Positions 48,288 through 56,724 of a stretch of DNA of 63,122 nt are shown piece by piece; position 1 is the stretch's first letter, and each line of letters opens with the position of its first letter. Source of the stretch: a virus (lineage: Duplodnaviria > Caudoviricetes); the IMG/VR virus record IMGVR_UViG_3300032516_005551, positions 1 through 63,122 of that record; one strand, 5' to 3'. The position numbers and the translations under genes are program-made. Below the pieces are notes generated by a model, which searched no databases, was not told the DNA's origin, and was given only the letters and a program-made list of their open reading frames with translations.

Positions 48288-48562
48288 TTCATGCCTCCGT
48301 ATTTCTCTAGCCAGGCAGCGGCGTCTTTGCAATCGGTATATGCAACTTGAGAGATCATTAAGTTATCCGGAATAGGAAAATCATTAGCCGCCTTGCCTGC
48401 TTCGGCAAAAGGCCCGATAACCTTCCTCGCCTCATCCAGCCCGGCACGGAGTTGGGCGAGTTCGGCAATCGTTTCATCCAACAGATTAGCAATATCATCT
48501 GCACCTTCATTGCGGCATAAATCCGCCTCTGTCTGCAAACGTTCATTCAGTGCGCTGTTCAT
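48284..48562 (-). CDS. Hypothetical protein
   Basis: ATGA-coupled ORF in the operon. Confidence 0.55.
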   Translation of the reverse strand: MNSALNERLQTEADLCRNEGADDIANLLDETIAELAQLRAGLDEARKVIGPFAEAGKAANDFPIPDNLMISQVAYTDCKDAAAWLEKYGGMK

Positions 48563-48681
48563 TTCTCACCTTTCACTAGTATACTGCCTGCCTCAGCCGC
48601 CTGCCACAGCGCGGCGAGATCGACATCATCCGGGAGGACGACATAATACATCGTTCCTTGGTCATAGAGGGGGAGGATCAT
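48559..48681 (-). CDS. 40-aa microprotein, copy A (MILPLYDQG...)
   Basis: Duplicated at 49554..49679 with largely synonymous or conservative changes. Confidence 0.6.
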   Translation of the reverse strand: MILPLYDQGTMYYVVLPDDVDLAALWQAAEAGSILVKGEK

Positions 48682-48684
48682 AAT

Positions 48685-49434
48685 TTATACTCCACAAATA
48701 CCAGTGCATTCCTCATCCCATAAATTCAATTGTCCCTTTTCCTGTTCGGTGCGAAAATCTATTTCAGTTAGGGGGCGCCGGGATGGGTGAACAAATAATG
48801 GCCAGGGCGGGCGAGCGTTGCGAATTTCTGCATCTACCCAGACAGCCTCAGCCCAATCTATTGGATTATTATTCGTGATACGCCACTCATCCGTATTTCT
48901 GAAAGGACAGAACGTACATGCTGATTTAGATGGAACTTCTAATCCGCGACCTTCCAGCCATTTTACACAATCGGAGCGCTTCATCTTTAATTCGATCAAT
49001 GGCCAGCGATTGGTGATATATTTAACATCGCTATCTTTCATGCGCTGAAATTCATCCAAACTTATCCCAAGCCACTGTTCGACTGGTTTATTGTTTCTGT
49101 TCAATTGTAACCATCGGCGAATCGGGGCGCGTTTCCAATTATTCGTACATTGCCGACCGAATTTTCCTTGGGTGGGATTTAGAATATAAGCGGGTATCAT
49201 TACCCCGCCGTACCGATCAATCGGTACGGCGGTTTCGTCTCTCAAGGTGACCATTTTCAATCCATGAGATTTTAACCATCCTGTCCAGCGTTTGGCGAAT
49301 GCATAAGTCAAACTGCTTTCATGGGTTGTATCTGCATGTATTGCCGCGTCAATCTGTTCCAACTCACCCAGCGCAACCATCGCGGCCAATGTGAAGGATT
49401 GCACGCCCCATCCGAGGGATAGTATTTTCATCAC
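48685..49434 (-). CDS. PAPS-reductase-like / adenine nucleotide alpha-hydrolase phage protein
   Basis: SLGWGVQS, ADT, QCT..WK, GISLDE and SACTFCP motifs. Confidence 0.7.
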   Translation of the reverse strand: MMKILSLGWGVQSFTLAAMVALGELEQIDAAIHADTTHESSLTYAFAKRWTGWLKSHGLKMVTLRDETAVPIDRYGGVMIPAYILNPTQGKFGRQCTNNWKRAPIRRWLQLNRNNKPVEQWLGISLDEFQRMKDSDVKYITNRWPLIELKMKRSDCVKWLEGRGLEVPSKSACTFCPFRNTDEWRITNNNPIDWAEAVWVDAEIRNARPPWPLFVHPSRRPLTEIDFRTEQEKGQLNLWDEECTGICGV

Positions 49435-49553
49435 CAGACCTCTGTTTCGTTTATTTCAAATAACCTACTGGATATCCAAATAACCAATCCAAGAATAATT
49501 GGTGGGGTTGCTAAAATAAAAATTAATGTAATCATATCAACACCAGTTGCCTT

Positions 49554-49679
49554 TCATATCTCACCTTTCACTAGTATACTGCCTGCCTCAGCCGCCTGCC
49601 ACAGCGCGGCGAGATCAACGTCATCCGGGAGGATGATGTAACATAACGTGCCCTGGTCATAGAGGGGGAGGATCTTCAT
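49554..49679 (-). CDS. 41-aa microprotein, copy B (MKILPLYDQG...)
   Basis: Paralog of 48559..48681; ATGA overlap with the methyltransferase stop codon. Confidence 0.6.
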   Translation of the reverse strand: MKILPLYDQGTLCYIILPDDVDLAALWQAAEAGSILVKGEI

Positions 49680-50701
49680 TGCGGTATTCTCCTGGCGATC
49701 CATTCGACAACGGGTACAGCAACGGCGTTTCCGAGTTGGCGGTAACGGGTTGAATCACTTTGCCCGTTAGTCCAGCCATCCGGAAAGCCCTGCAAACGTT
49801 CACATTCGGTAGGAGTAAGGCGGCGAATACCAACCAGCGGAACTTGATTTCCGCCTGTTCCCATACGTTGCTGGAGGGTAGAGGCTATATTGCCACTCTC
49901 CCGATAGGCCTCGGATGCGTGTTGCATTTCCCAAATAGCCATTTTTGAGTAAGCCCCATGCGCTGATTTCCCATCTCCACAATGATTAAGTGGAGGACAA
50001 ATATTTCCAAGTGAGCCGCCATCCCGGTTGGCATCAAATACAATAGGCTGTTCATGCGTTGTATTTATTCCCCCATCGCCTTTGTCGCCACCGTGCGAAG
50101 GGCTTGCTCTAATTGAATAGGCAACTTCTTCCCCCGCTTTTCTGCCCTGCGGAGGATCCCCGCACACGCCTTCGTGCTCAAATAATACTTCTGTTGCACT
50201 TCCGTTTCCAAGACTTCCGACAATGAACACACGGCGGCGGCGCTGGGCCACTCCGAAATACTGAGCGTCAAGCACCCGCCAGGCCACGCCATACCCGCGT
50301 TGCGCCAGCCATTGAATGATGTTGGCAAAATCTGCCCCTTTATCGCTGGATAGAAGGCCAGGGACGTTCTCTGCAATAACCCATCGTGGCTCAAGTTCGT
50401 CAATAATTCTCGCAAACTCCCACCATAGTCCAGACCGCTCTCCAGCAAGTCCCGCCCGTTTTCCGGCAATGGAGACGTCCTGGCAGGGGAAGCCTCCGCA
50501 AATAACGTCAATTGATCCTTTTTCGTAGGTTGAACCATTTATCTCCCTTACATCATCAAAAATATGGACGAACTCAAAGTGCTTAAATAACACATCCTGA
50601 CAATGCTTATCAATCTCACACATCCCCATCGATACCATCCCGGCGCGGGTGAACGCCAGATCAAATCCGCCTATCCCGGAGAACAATGATAAAAACCTCA
50701 T
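49676..50701 (-). CDS. dcm: C5 DNA cytosine methyltransferase
   Basis: FSGIGG, GFPCQ, ENV, QRRRR, RRLTPTECERLQGFP and GNAV motifs. Confidence 0.9.
   Translation of the reverse strand: MRFLSLFSGIGGFDLAFTRAGMVSMGMCEIDKHCQDVLFKHFEFVHIFDDVREINGSTYEKGSIDVICGGFPCQDVSIAGKRAGLAGERSGLWWEFARIIDELEPRWVIAENVPGLLSSDKGADFANIIQWLAQRGYGVAWRVLDAQYFGVAQRRRRVFIVGSLGNGSATEVLFEHEGVCGDPPQGRKAGEEVAYSIRASPSHGGDKGDGGINTTHEQPIVFDANRDGGSLGNICPPLNHCGDGKSAHGAYSKMAIWEMQHASEAYRESGNIASTLQQRMGTGGNQVPLVGIRRLTPTECERLQGFPDGWTNGQSDSTRYRQLGNAVAVPVVEWIARRIPQ
50065..50538 (-). CDS. Nested alternative-frame ORF inside dcm (M.EcoHK31I beta-like)
   Basis: 157-aa ORF with its own purine-rich RBS; SLSEVLE and KYYLSTKACAGILRRA motifs. 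Confidence 0.55.
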   Translation of the reverse strand: MVQPTKKDQLTLFAEASPARTSPLPENGRDLLESGLDYGGSLRELLTNLSHDGLLQRTSLAFYPAIKGQILPTSFNGWRNAGMAWPGGCLTLSISEWPSAAAVCSLSEVLETEVQQKYYLSTKACAGILRRAEKRGKKLPIQLEQALRTVATKAMGE

Positions 50702-50750
50702 TGTGAATCTCCATAGGGAAGCGACGGTGTGTACTCCTCGCGATGGGGGA

Positions 50751-51044
50751 TCATCTCGACCCGTCCTTTGACGTCGGCCTGTACGACGGCGAGTTCTCAT
50801 AGTCCAGTTTCGTTTGGTGGATGGGATCGACGCATTTGCAGAATTGCAACTTGCCAAACAACGGGTGGCCGGTTGATACGTTCAGCCGCACCCAGCCGGT
50901 CCCCCGGCAGATGTCGCAGGCCGGTTTGCCCTTGCTTCCTGGCGACCAGAGCGACCCTTCCGGCAGGTTTTCCCGCCAGTCGGGGACATACTTGCGATCA
51001 CCTGGTATTTCATTTGGATTCGGTAAGACGTTTTTGATCTGCAT
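50751..51044 (-). CDS. Stand-alone zinc finger resembling the DnaC/IstB N-terminus
   Basis: CDICRGTGWV....GHPLFGKLQFCKC; GGAGG RBS. Confidence 0.55.
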   Translation of the reverse strand: MQIKNVLPNPNEIPGDRKYVPDWRENLPEGSLWSPGSKGKPACDICRGTGWVRLNVSTGHPLFGKLQFCKCVDPIHQTKLDYENSPSYRPTSKDGSR

Positions 51045-51324
51045 TGTGTTTATCCTCCAGATATTTTTTGAACGTTTCGAATGGGTCATTGTGCCTGGGC
51101 AGCCTGTTATAGGCCGCTATGATCTCGCCGGGAGCTGGAGCGAATGCGCGATCCTGCTTGCAGGCATCCCGGACCGCAGCCCCCAGCATCTGCCCGTCCA
51201 GGTCGCCGAGAAGATCCTCGTAGACATCGACGGTGTTGGGTGTGCTTTTGACATCCGGGTTATAGTTCGGATAGACCAATTTCAAGTATCCGATGATACG
51301 AGCAATCTCTTCTCTGGTTGCCAT
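51010..51324 (-). CDS. Replicative helicase loader/inhibitor-like protein (G39P-like)
   Basis: TREEI..II..L..YPNY and FAPAPGEI; directly follows the initiator gene. Confidence 0.6.
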   Translation of the reverse strand: MATREEIARIIGYLKLVYPNYNPDVKSTPNTVDVYEDLLGDLDGQMLGAAVRDACKQDRAFAPAPGEIIAAYNRLPRHNDPFETFKKYLEDKHNADQKRLTESK

Positions 51325-52163
51325 GGGTTATCCTTTTTTGCTGTGATTTCCAAATCCTTAAAAAACTCGGTGTTGTCGCCCTTCATCTTGCCGGGATACT
51401 TCGGCCCGGATGGTGTCGGCTTCGGCGGTAGCGCTGTCTTTCCCTCTACCGCCCACCGCTTCAGGATTGCCGCGCAATACGCCCAACTGCGCTTGTTATG
51501 CTCCGCCGCGATGTGGAACGAGTCGATCATCCACTCTGGGGATACTTTCAGGTCATCCAGGTAGTCATTTATGTTATCCATGACGCGAGGCGATATCGGC
51601 CCTATTTCGTTCTCGTAAGCGGTGAAAACTTTTTTCGTGATTTCCTTAGTAGTAGTAGATTCTGATGTTGAAGTTGATGTTGAAGTTGATTCTATGAAGG
51701 GAGTGGGATTAGAAGCAGGGTCGCGAAGAACCTGGGTGTCATCCTGGGTGTCATCCTGGGTGTCATCCTGGGTGTCATCCTGGGTGTCATCCTCAATTTC
51801 AAGGGTTGTAGCCAAAGTGTCACCCTGGCGGACGTTCATTCTTTGGCCTGAATAGTTACGGGGATCTATCCAGTTATGGATGATTACCTCTATGCCATGT
51901 TGCCTTTGCTTGCAGGTGATATAGCCATATTTTATCAACCTTTCCCGCCAATCTCTGATCGTCCGTTGATTCAGGCTCATTTCGGCGGCTATGTCTTTAT
52001 CGCGCCAGTCGTAGACGATACCCTTTTCCCAATCCGCCGCGTCGATGATATGCAGGAACAACCACACCGCTTCCCCCATGGCCTGCCTGTGTTTGGGATC
52101 CTCGCTCAGGCCGCGCTTTACCGAGATCCAATGTTTCTTTGTCATAATGGGCTCCCATCTCAT
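51282..52163 (-). CDS. Replication initiator with DnaD-like C-terminal domain
   Basis: N-terminal winged HTH; YENEIG...KRSWAYCAAILKRW DnaD motif. Confidence 0.8.
   Translation of the reverse strand: MRWEPIMTKKHWISVKRGLSEDPKHRQAMGEAVWLFLHIIDAADWEKGIVYDWRDKDIAAEMSLNQRTIRDWRERLIKYGYITCKQRQHGIEVIIHNWIDPRNYSGQRMNVRQGDTLATTLEIEDDTQDDTQDDTQDDTQDDTQVLRDPASNPTPFIESTSTSTSTSESTTTKEITKKVFTAYENEIGPISPRVMDNINDYLDDLKVSPEWMIDSFHIAAEHNKRSWAYCAAILKRWAVEGKTALPPKPTPSGPKYPGKMKGDNTEFFKDLEITAKKDNPWQPEKRLLVSSDT
51731..51793. repeat. Five perfect 12-bp tandem repeats (CCTGGGTGTCAT), candidate iterons/origin
   Basis: Located in the linker region of the initiator gene (encodes DDTQ x5). Confidence 0.75.
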
Positions 52164-52169
52164 GATAAA

Positions 52170-52285
52170 AACTCCTCTGATTCTGGCCGTTCCGGTCCCG
52201 TGGCAAGTACCTGTAACGGTGCGGTAAGAGACACGGAACGCCCAGAATAAAAGGAGTTCGATCCGTCACGTTTCCACCTGCCACA
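52170..52285 (-). promoter_or_regulatory. Structured leader sequestering the initiator RBS
   Basis: Stem 52170-52194/52234-52258 covers the GAGGAG RBS; 52263-52285 is complementary to the loop at 52199-52219. Confidence 0.55.
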
Positions 52286-52616
52286 GTGGTTTGGGCTTTC
52301 GCCCTGAATTACCAGCATTTTATCACATTTCCGCGCTTTCGTGTTGGCTACTTCAATGTCAAGGTCATTTCCGCGGCTTCCTGTTCTTCCACACCATCAG
52401 GCCGATAATCAGGGCCAGACCGGAGGCGACCACCGCCTGGGTGGGGACATCCAGCAGGTCGCGGGCGACGAAGCCCAGAACGAAGATGCACAGGGAGCAG
52501 ACGAGCAGATCAATTGTGGTCATATCATCCTCCGATGAATAGCAACGCACCGATCAACCCGCACAGGGCAGACGATGCGAAAAATACGAACCATCCGAGT
52601 ATCTTCAGCAGGGCGC

Positions 52617-52778
52617 TCATTTGAACGCCTCGAAGAGCATCCAGGTAATTGCGGCGCAGGATGCCAAGATACCCCATATTGCCAGGCCGCAGACGCAACC
52701 GTCCACGATCCCGCGGGCGGCGGCGAGTTGATAGCCGTAATCAAACGGTTCGTTATCAAAATCAAGTTGATCGTTCAT
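52617..52778 (-). CDS. Small membrane protein
   Basis: MNDQLDF... with a C-terminal hydrophobic helix; ATGA-coupled. Confidence 0.45.
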   Translation of the reverse strand: MNDQLDFDNEPFDYGYQLAAARGIVDGCVCGLAIWGILASCAAITWMLFEAFK

Positions 52779-53341
52779 CGGGCATCTCCATAATTTGGGA
52801 AGTGTGTGCGGAATATGTCGGCGCACTGTTTGAGAGTTTCTTTTCTGGCGGCGGCGTAGGCGGCGGAGGCGGCGGCGTAGGCGGCGGAGGCGGCGGCGGC
52901 GGCGGCGGCGAAGGCGGAGGCGGCGGAGGCGGCGGAGGCGGAGGCGGCGGAGGCGACGGAGGCGGCGGCGTAGGCGGCGAAGGCGGCGGCGGAGGCGGCG
53001 GAGGCGGCGTGGGCGGCGGAGGCGGCGTCCCGTAATTCCTTATCCGTCGCTTTTCCATTGGCATACCTGCGGCAGGTATTGATGCACTCCCTCACCCGTT
53101 TATCATCCGGGTATTTAGCCTCGTAATGCTGTAGGCTGAGGGCGGCGCAATCAGCCAACGCGCCCACCAACTGGCGGTGTGTGATGCTGGGCGTTTTTGC
53201 GGCGAGCCAAGCCATCCAGTCGCCGCGCTTGCAATCCTGCCAGCATTCGGCGGACGTTCCACCGTGAGTCTTGACATATTCGACGGCCTCGGTACAAGCG
53301 TCGAGTCTGTTCAACTTTTTGACAAACGCTTTATTTTCCAT
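52775..53341 (-). CDS. Hypothetical protein with Imm5-like segment and poly-Ala tract
   Basis: DACTEA, RGDWM.W and PDDKRVRECI, then an about 60-aa Ala-rich low-complexity tract. Confidence 0.65.
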   Translation of the reverse strand: MENKAFVKKLNRLDACTEAVEYVKTHGGTSAECWQDCKRGDWMAWLAAKTPSITHRQLVGALADCAALSLQHYEAKYPDDKRVRECINTCRRYANGKATDKELRDAASAAHAASAASAAAFAAYAAASVASAASASAASAASAFAAAAAAASAAYAAASAAYAAARKETLKQCADIFRTHFPNYGDAR

Positions 53342-53499
53342 TGCTAATCTCCTGATAGTGGATCATGGGGCACACCTGGGGGCCGGGGATCTGTTTCATT
53401 CCAGGCGGCGCATCGAACCTGACGACGATCTCCCCGTTGCACCGGGCGATTATCTCGCCGGTGCCGTATACTTTCGAGTGGTAGATGGTGGGGGTCATG

Positions 53500-54162
53500 T
53501 TATATTCTCCGCAGGGTGACTGACGGTTCGCCCTCTTTGCGCATAAAAAGGACTTCTGGATGACCAACAGCGTACCCGTCCATTTTGGTGGTATCCCAGA
53601 TCACGCGGCCCTTCACGTAAACCGCCTGGAAGTGATCGGCTTTGACAGTTGCGCCAAGCGCCTTGACCTCTGCTTTGATCTCCTCGGTCAGTTTGCGGAT
53701 GTTATCGTCAACCGCCTCGGACTTCCCGGAGAACTCCGCTTCGATCTCCGCTTTACGCTGGGCAATGGCCTTGTAAACATCGACGGTTTGCGCTATTGCT
53801 TGATCGCTCAAAATTTCCTTTGCGGACCGGATTTTCTCACGGATGACGCATTCAGCCCTGAACTGGGTGTCTCTTACCTGTTTTCTTTGGCGGTCTATTT
53901 CATCGAGGGCCGCTTTGATTTCGACGGGAATGACGATGGCCTCCAATTCCTTATCGGCTGAAATCCGCAAGGCATCCAGAAGCCCATCGAACGATGCTTC
54001 GACTTCGCCCATCTGCTTCATACCTGCGCTTACGATCTCCTCGACTTCGGCAGGGACTTTCACATCTTCAAGAAGGGCGCGCTTGTCGCTTTCCAGAAGG
54101 TCACGGTGCGCCTGGAAATCGGACAGTTGGTCAAGTTTTGATTTGATCTCGGATTCGTTCAT
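53500..54162 (-). CDS. Coiled-coil protein (Gam/Gp157-like, function uncertain)
   Basis: Long coiled coil ending KGRVIWD...HPE...EGEPSVTLR. Confidence 0.6.
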   Translation of the reverse strand: MNESEIKSKLDQLSDFQAHRDLLESDKRALLEDVKVPAEVEEIVSAGMKQMGEVEASFDGLLDALRISADKELEAIVIPVEIKAALDEIDRQRKQVRDTQFRAECVIREKIRSAKEILSDQAIAQTVDVYKAIAQRKAEIEAEFSGKSEAVDDNIRKLTEEIKAEVKALGATVKADHFQAVYVKGRVIWDTTKMDGYAVGHPEVLFMRKEGEPSVTLRRI

Positions 54163-54848
54163 TTCGTTGCCTCCATCACTATCTTACCAGCGAGGATAAT
54201 CTGCTTCTCGTACAGCGACTTGCCGTACTTGGCGACAACTGCCGCGCAGGTTTCTTTCAGGTCGCCCCAGAAACATCCTAATGCGAACATCGGGCCATCT
54301 GCGTGCTTGACGGCGTAACCGATGCGCCTTGCCTCCCCAATTGGACCGAAGGAATAAATGCCTATGGCCCCGCGCAGGTCGGCATCGCGCAGGTCGGCCC
54401 CGCTCAGGTTGGCCTCGCTCAGGTTGGCCCCGATCAGGTCGGCATCGCGCAGGTCGGCCCCGCTCAGGTCGGCCCCGCGCAGGTCGGCCCCGCTCAGGTC
54501 GGCATCGCGCAGGTTGGCCCCGCGCAGGTCGGCATCGCGCAGGTCGGCCCCGATCAGGTTGGCCTCGCTCAGGTTGGCCCCGATCAGGTCGGCCTCGCGC
54601 AGGTCGGCCCCGCTCAGGTCGGCCCCGCTCAGGTCGGCCCAGCGCAGGTCGGCCCAGCGCAGGTCGGCCCAGCGCAGGTCGGCTCCGCTCAGGTTGGCCC
54701 TGCTCAGGTCGGCCCCGCGCAGGTCGGCCCCGCTCAGGTTGGCCCCGCTCAGGTTGGCCCAGCGCAGGTTGGCACAGGTGCCGGTGGTTGAATCTTTCGA
54801 CCACTTTGAGTGCTCATCCAAGATTACTTTCAGTTCAGATGCGTTCAT
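54159..54848 (-). CDS. Pentapeptide repeat protein
   Basis: About 27 A(D/N)Lxx repeats encoded by 15-bp units (about 54370-54775). Confidence 0.9.
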   Translation of the reverse strand: MNASELKVILDEHSKWSKDSTTGTCANLRWANLSGANLSGADLRGADLSRANLSGADLRWADLRWADLRWADLSGADLSGADLREADLIGANLSEANLIGADLRDADLRGANLRDADLSGADLRGADLSGADLRDADLIGANLSEANLSGADLRDADLRGAIGIYSFGPIGEARRIGYAVKHADGPMFALGCFWGDLKETCAAVVAKYGKSLYEKQIILAGKIVMEATK

Positions 54849-55043
54849 TGCATATCTCCTCTCAATATCAAATTTTTGGTCCCTGCCGCTCGGTTGAGTC
54901 TCGCCACAAATCCAACCGATAGTTGAATATTTACTTACGGACACAGCAGGGGTAAATCAGATGGGTGTACCGGTCATTTCGACGGGTACCCTTTCCCATC
55001 CCAATAGCGCCGCTCATGGATGGTCTCCGACGGCGCATGTTGG

Positions 55044-55988
55044 CTAAAATGGAATAACTTCCTCTTCTGCATCTGAAAATTTCAGATTGACATCCGCATC
55101 TTCGCCGCCTTTGAGGTTGATCAGGGCTTTGCCATAATCTCCATTGGCCTCTTTGACGAGCTGCTCAATGTCGATGTTGCTCAGGGCCAGATCGTTGCAC
55201 CTGGAGAGGAACAGGGATTTGTCCGAGGCGGTATCTTCTTCTGCGATCTTGCCTTCTGCATTCCAGCGTTCGCAGTTCTGCCACACCTGGGCCTTCTCCA
55301 ACAATTCCTCCATTTCTGGAGTGATGGTAATAAACCTGGGTTTGCTCAGACCAATTGGTTCGATGGGTGTTGATCGCCCCTGTCCATAGATCTCAAAGTT
55401 CGGGGTGGATACCTCGCCCTCTTTCTTTCCCAACGTTCCATAACGGCGAATAAGAGCCTTCCCCTCCGGAACAGCGATCTTGTTCCATGCCTGGCCTGAT
55501 TTCTCGAACGAAATGAAGGTCGACCACTTGGCGACCATCAGAACCCCGGGGGCATGTTCGTCGGTCTTTGGATCAAATACCCATCCAAACACCTGCCGGT
55601 TGGGTGCGTATCCCTGCCTCTTTTCTTTGGAGACAGAGACAACACGTTCGTATTCCCGGCCAGTCTGTTCGTCTTTCACCTTCATGTGAAGTTCAAAACG
55701 GGTCCGCACCCGGATGGGCAGGAATGAAACGAAGTTGGATGCGTACACCTTGTACGGGTGTTTTCCGTCATCCGACACACGTTCCGCGATCGGTAGGGGG
55801 AGCGTGGGAAGCGGGTTTCCATCCTTGTCGAGAGTGAATGCGCGCCAGCCTCCGAAGTATGCGCCAGGGTCTCCCTTGGCGATCGCTTTGAGCTGCGCAT
55901 TTCCACGCGTCCATTTCAGGTACGCAGCCGGAACAGGAAGTTCCGCATAGGCACTTGACGATCCATCGTTGAATTTGTTTGTGTTCAT
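55044..55988 (-). CDS. Putative ssDNA-binding/annealing protein
   Basis: Acidic C-terminal tail EEEVIPF, as in SSB; located in the replication/recombination region. Confidence 0.5.
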   Translation of the reverse strand: MNTNKFNDGSSSAYAELPVPAAYLKWTRGNAQLKAIAKGDPGAYFGGWRAFTLDKDGNPLPTLPLPIAERVSDDGKHPYKVYASNFVSFLPIRVRTRFELHMKVKDEQTGREYERVVSVSKEKRQGYAPNRQVFGWVFDPKTDEHAPGVLMVAKWSTFISFEKSGQAWNKIAVPEGKALIRRYGTLGKKEGEVSTPNFEIYGQGRSTPIEPIGLSKPRFITITPEMEELLEKAQVWQNCERWNAEGKIAEEDTASDKSLFLSRCNDLALSNIDIEQLVKEANGDYGKALINLKGGEDADVNLKFSDAEEEVIPF

Positions 55989-56019
55989 TGGTTCTCCTTG
56001 GGTTGTGGGCAATGCCCGG

Positions 56020-56331
56020 TTAAATAGGATGTCCTGATTCTATCAGGTCTTGTTTCGTGCGCTCAAAGTCTTTTGATTCAATGTCAAGCCATATCATCTG
56101 CTCAATTTGTTCTATCCTTTCTTTGATAACGGGTAGCATTTCTCCGGCTGTCTGCTGGGGGCAGGAGTCGTACCATACCGGCCAATTGGGGTCGACTTCT
56201 TGCAGGCGCGCTAGAGTGTCGAGCCATTGCTCACGAAAACGCAGAGATTTTTGTTGTGCCTCAATCATTTGATCAAAGCGTTCAATTCTGGCTGCCGCGC
56301 CGGTGTAATTACCTCTTATCGTTCTGGCCAT
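56020..56331 (-). CDS. Hypothetical protein
   Basis: ORF in the operon. Confidence 0.5.
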   Translation of the reverse strand: MARTIRGNYTGAAARIERFDQMIEAQQKSLRFREQWLDTLARLQEVDPNWPVWYDSCPQQTAGEMLPVIKERIEQIEQMIWLDIESKDFERTKQDLIESGHPI

Positions 56332-56506
56332 TTTTTAGCACCTGGTTCAATTCGAAATTCATTAAGAGAAGGGTTCCCGCGCTGATGAATCGAATGTATT
56401 TGAATATGCTGATCTTGCCAGTCCCATCACAAAGGGAGCAGGGTTCAGGAATCCCCGTCAGGGTTTCATCCATTATACCAACTCCACTACAGATCAAGCA
56501 CTTCAT
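56309..56506 (-). CDS. Small DnaJ-type zinc-finger protein
   Basis: CLICSGVG and CSLCDGTG (CxxCxGxG x2). Confidence 0.55.
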   Translation of the reverse strand: MKCLICSGVGIMDETLTGIPEPCSLCDGTGKISIFKYIRFISAGTLLLMNFELNQVLKNGQNDKR

Positions 56507-56651
56507 CTTTTTTCTCTCTGAGAATATATTGGATGATCGCCTCCCGAAGGATGTGGGAGAGTTTGATACGTCTCTCCTTTGCGATCTCCTCTAATATCTT
56601 GCGGTCTTCTTCGTCTATCCGAACCGGGAATGATTTGATTAGTTTATCCAT
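56487..56651 (-). CDS. Ribbon-helix-helix regulator
   Basis: FPVRIDE..LEEIA...SHILREAI; first gene after a promoter. Confidence 0.7.
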   Translation of the reverse strand: MDKLIKSFPVRIDEEDRKILEEIAKERRIKLSHILREAIIQYILREKKDEVLDL

Positions 56652-56667
56652 ATTTTTCCTCATTTGC

Positions 56668-56713
56668 ATTGTAAACGTAAAGTACAGGAAAGTCAAGGTT
56701 TTTGGTGTATAAT
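56668..56713. promoter_or_regulatory. Divergent promoters
   Basis: Minus strand TTGACT-N17-TACAAT (56696-56668); plus strand TATAAT at 56708-56713. Confidence 0.7.
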
Positions 56714-56724
56714 CTGGATATGAT

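Noticed and set aside
51731-51793. CRISPR array
   Set aside because: Tandem 12-mers with no spacers; no repeat-spacer array or cas gene was seen anywhere in the window.
52649-53064. Poly-Gly and poly-Pro ORFs
   Set aside because: Other frames of the GCC-rich Ala tract; the Ala frame has the RBS and non-repetitive flanking sequence.
54184-54922. RGRPE, QVGPA and RSAP repeat ORFs
   Set aside because: Shadow frames of the pentapeptide-repeat gene.
54950-55040. Two intergenic hairpins as an ncRNA or tRNA
   Set aside because: No cloverleaf or T-loop consensus; the stems are modest and could be terminator or processing signals.
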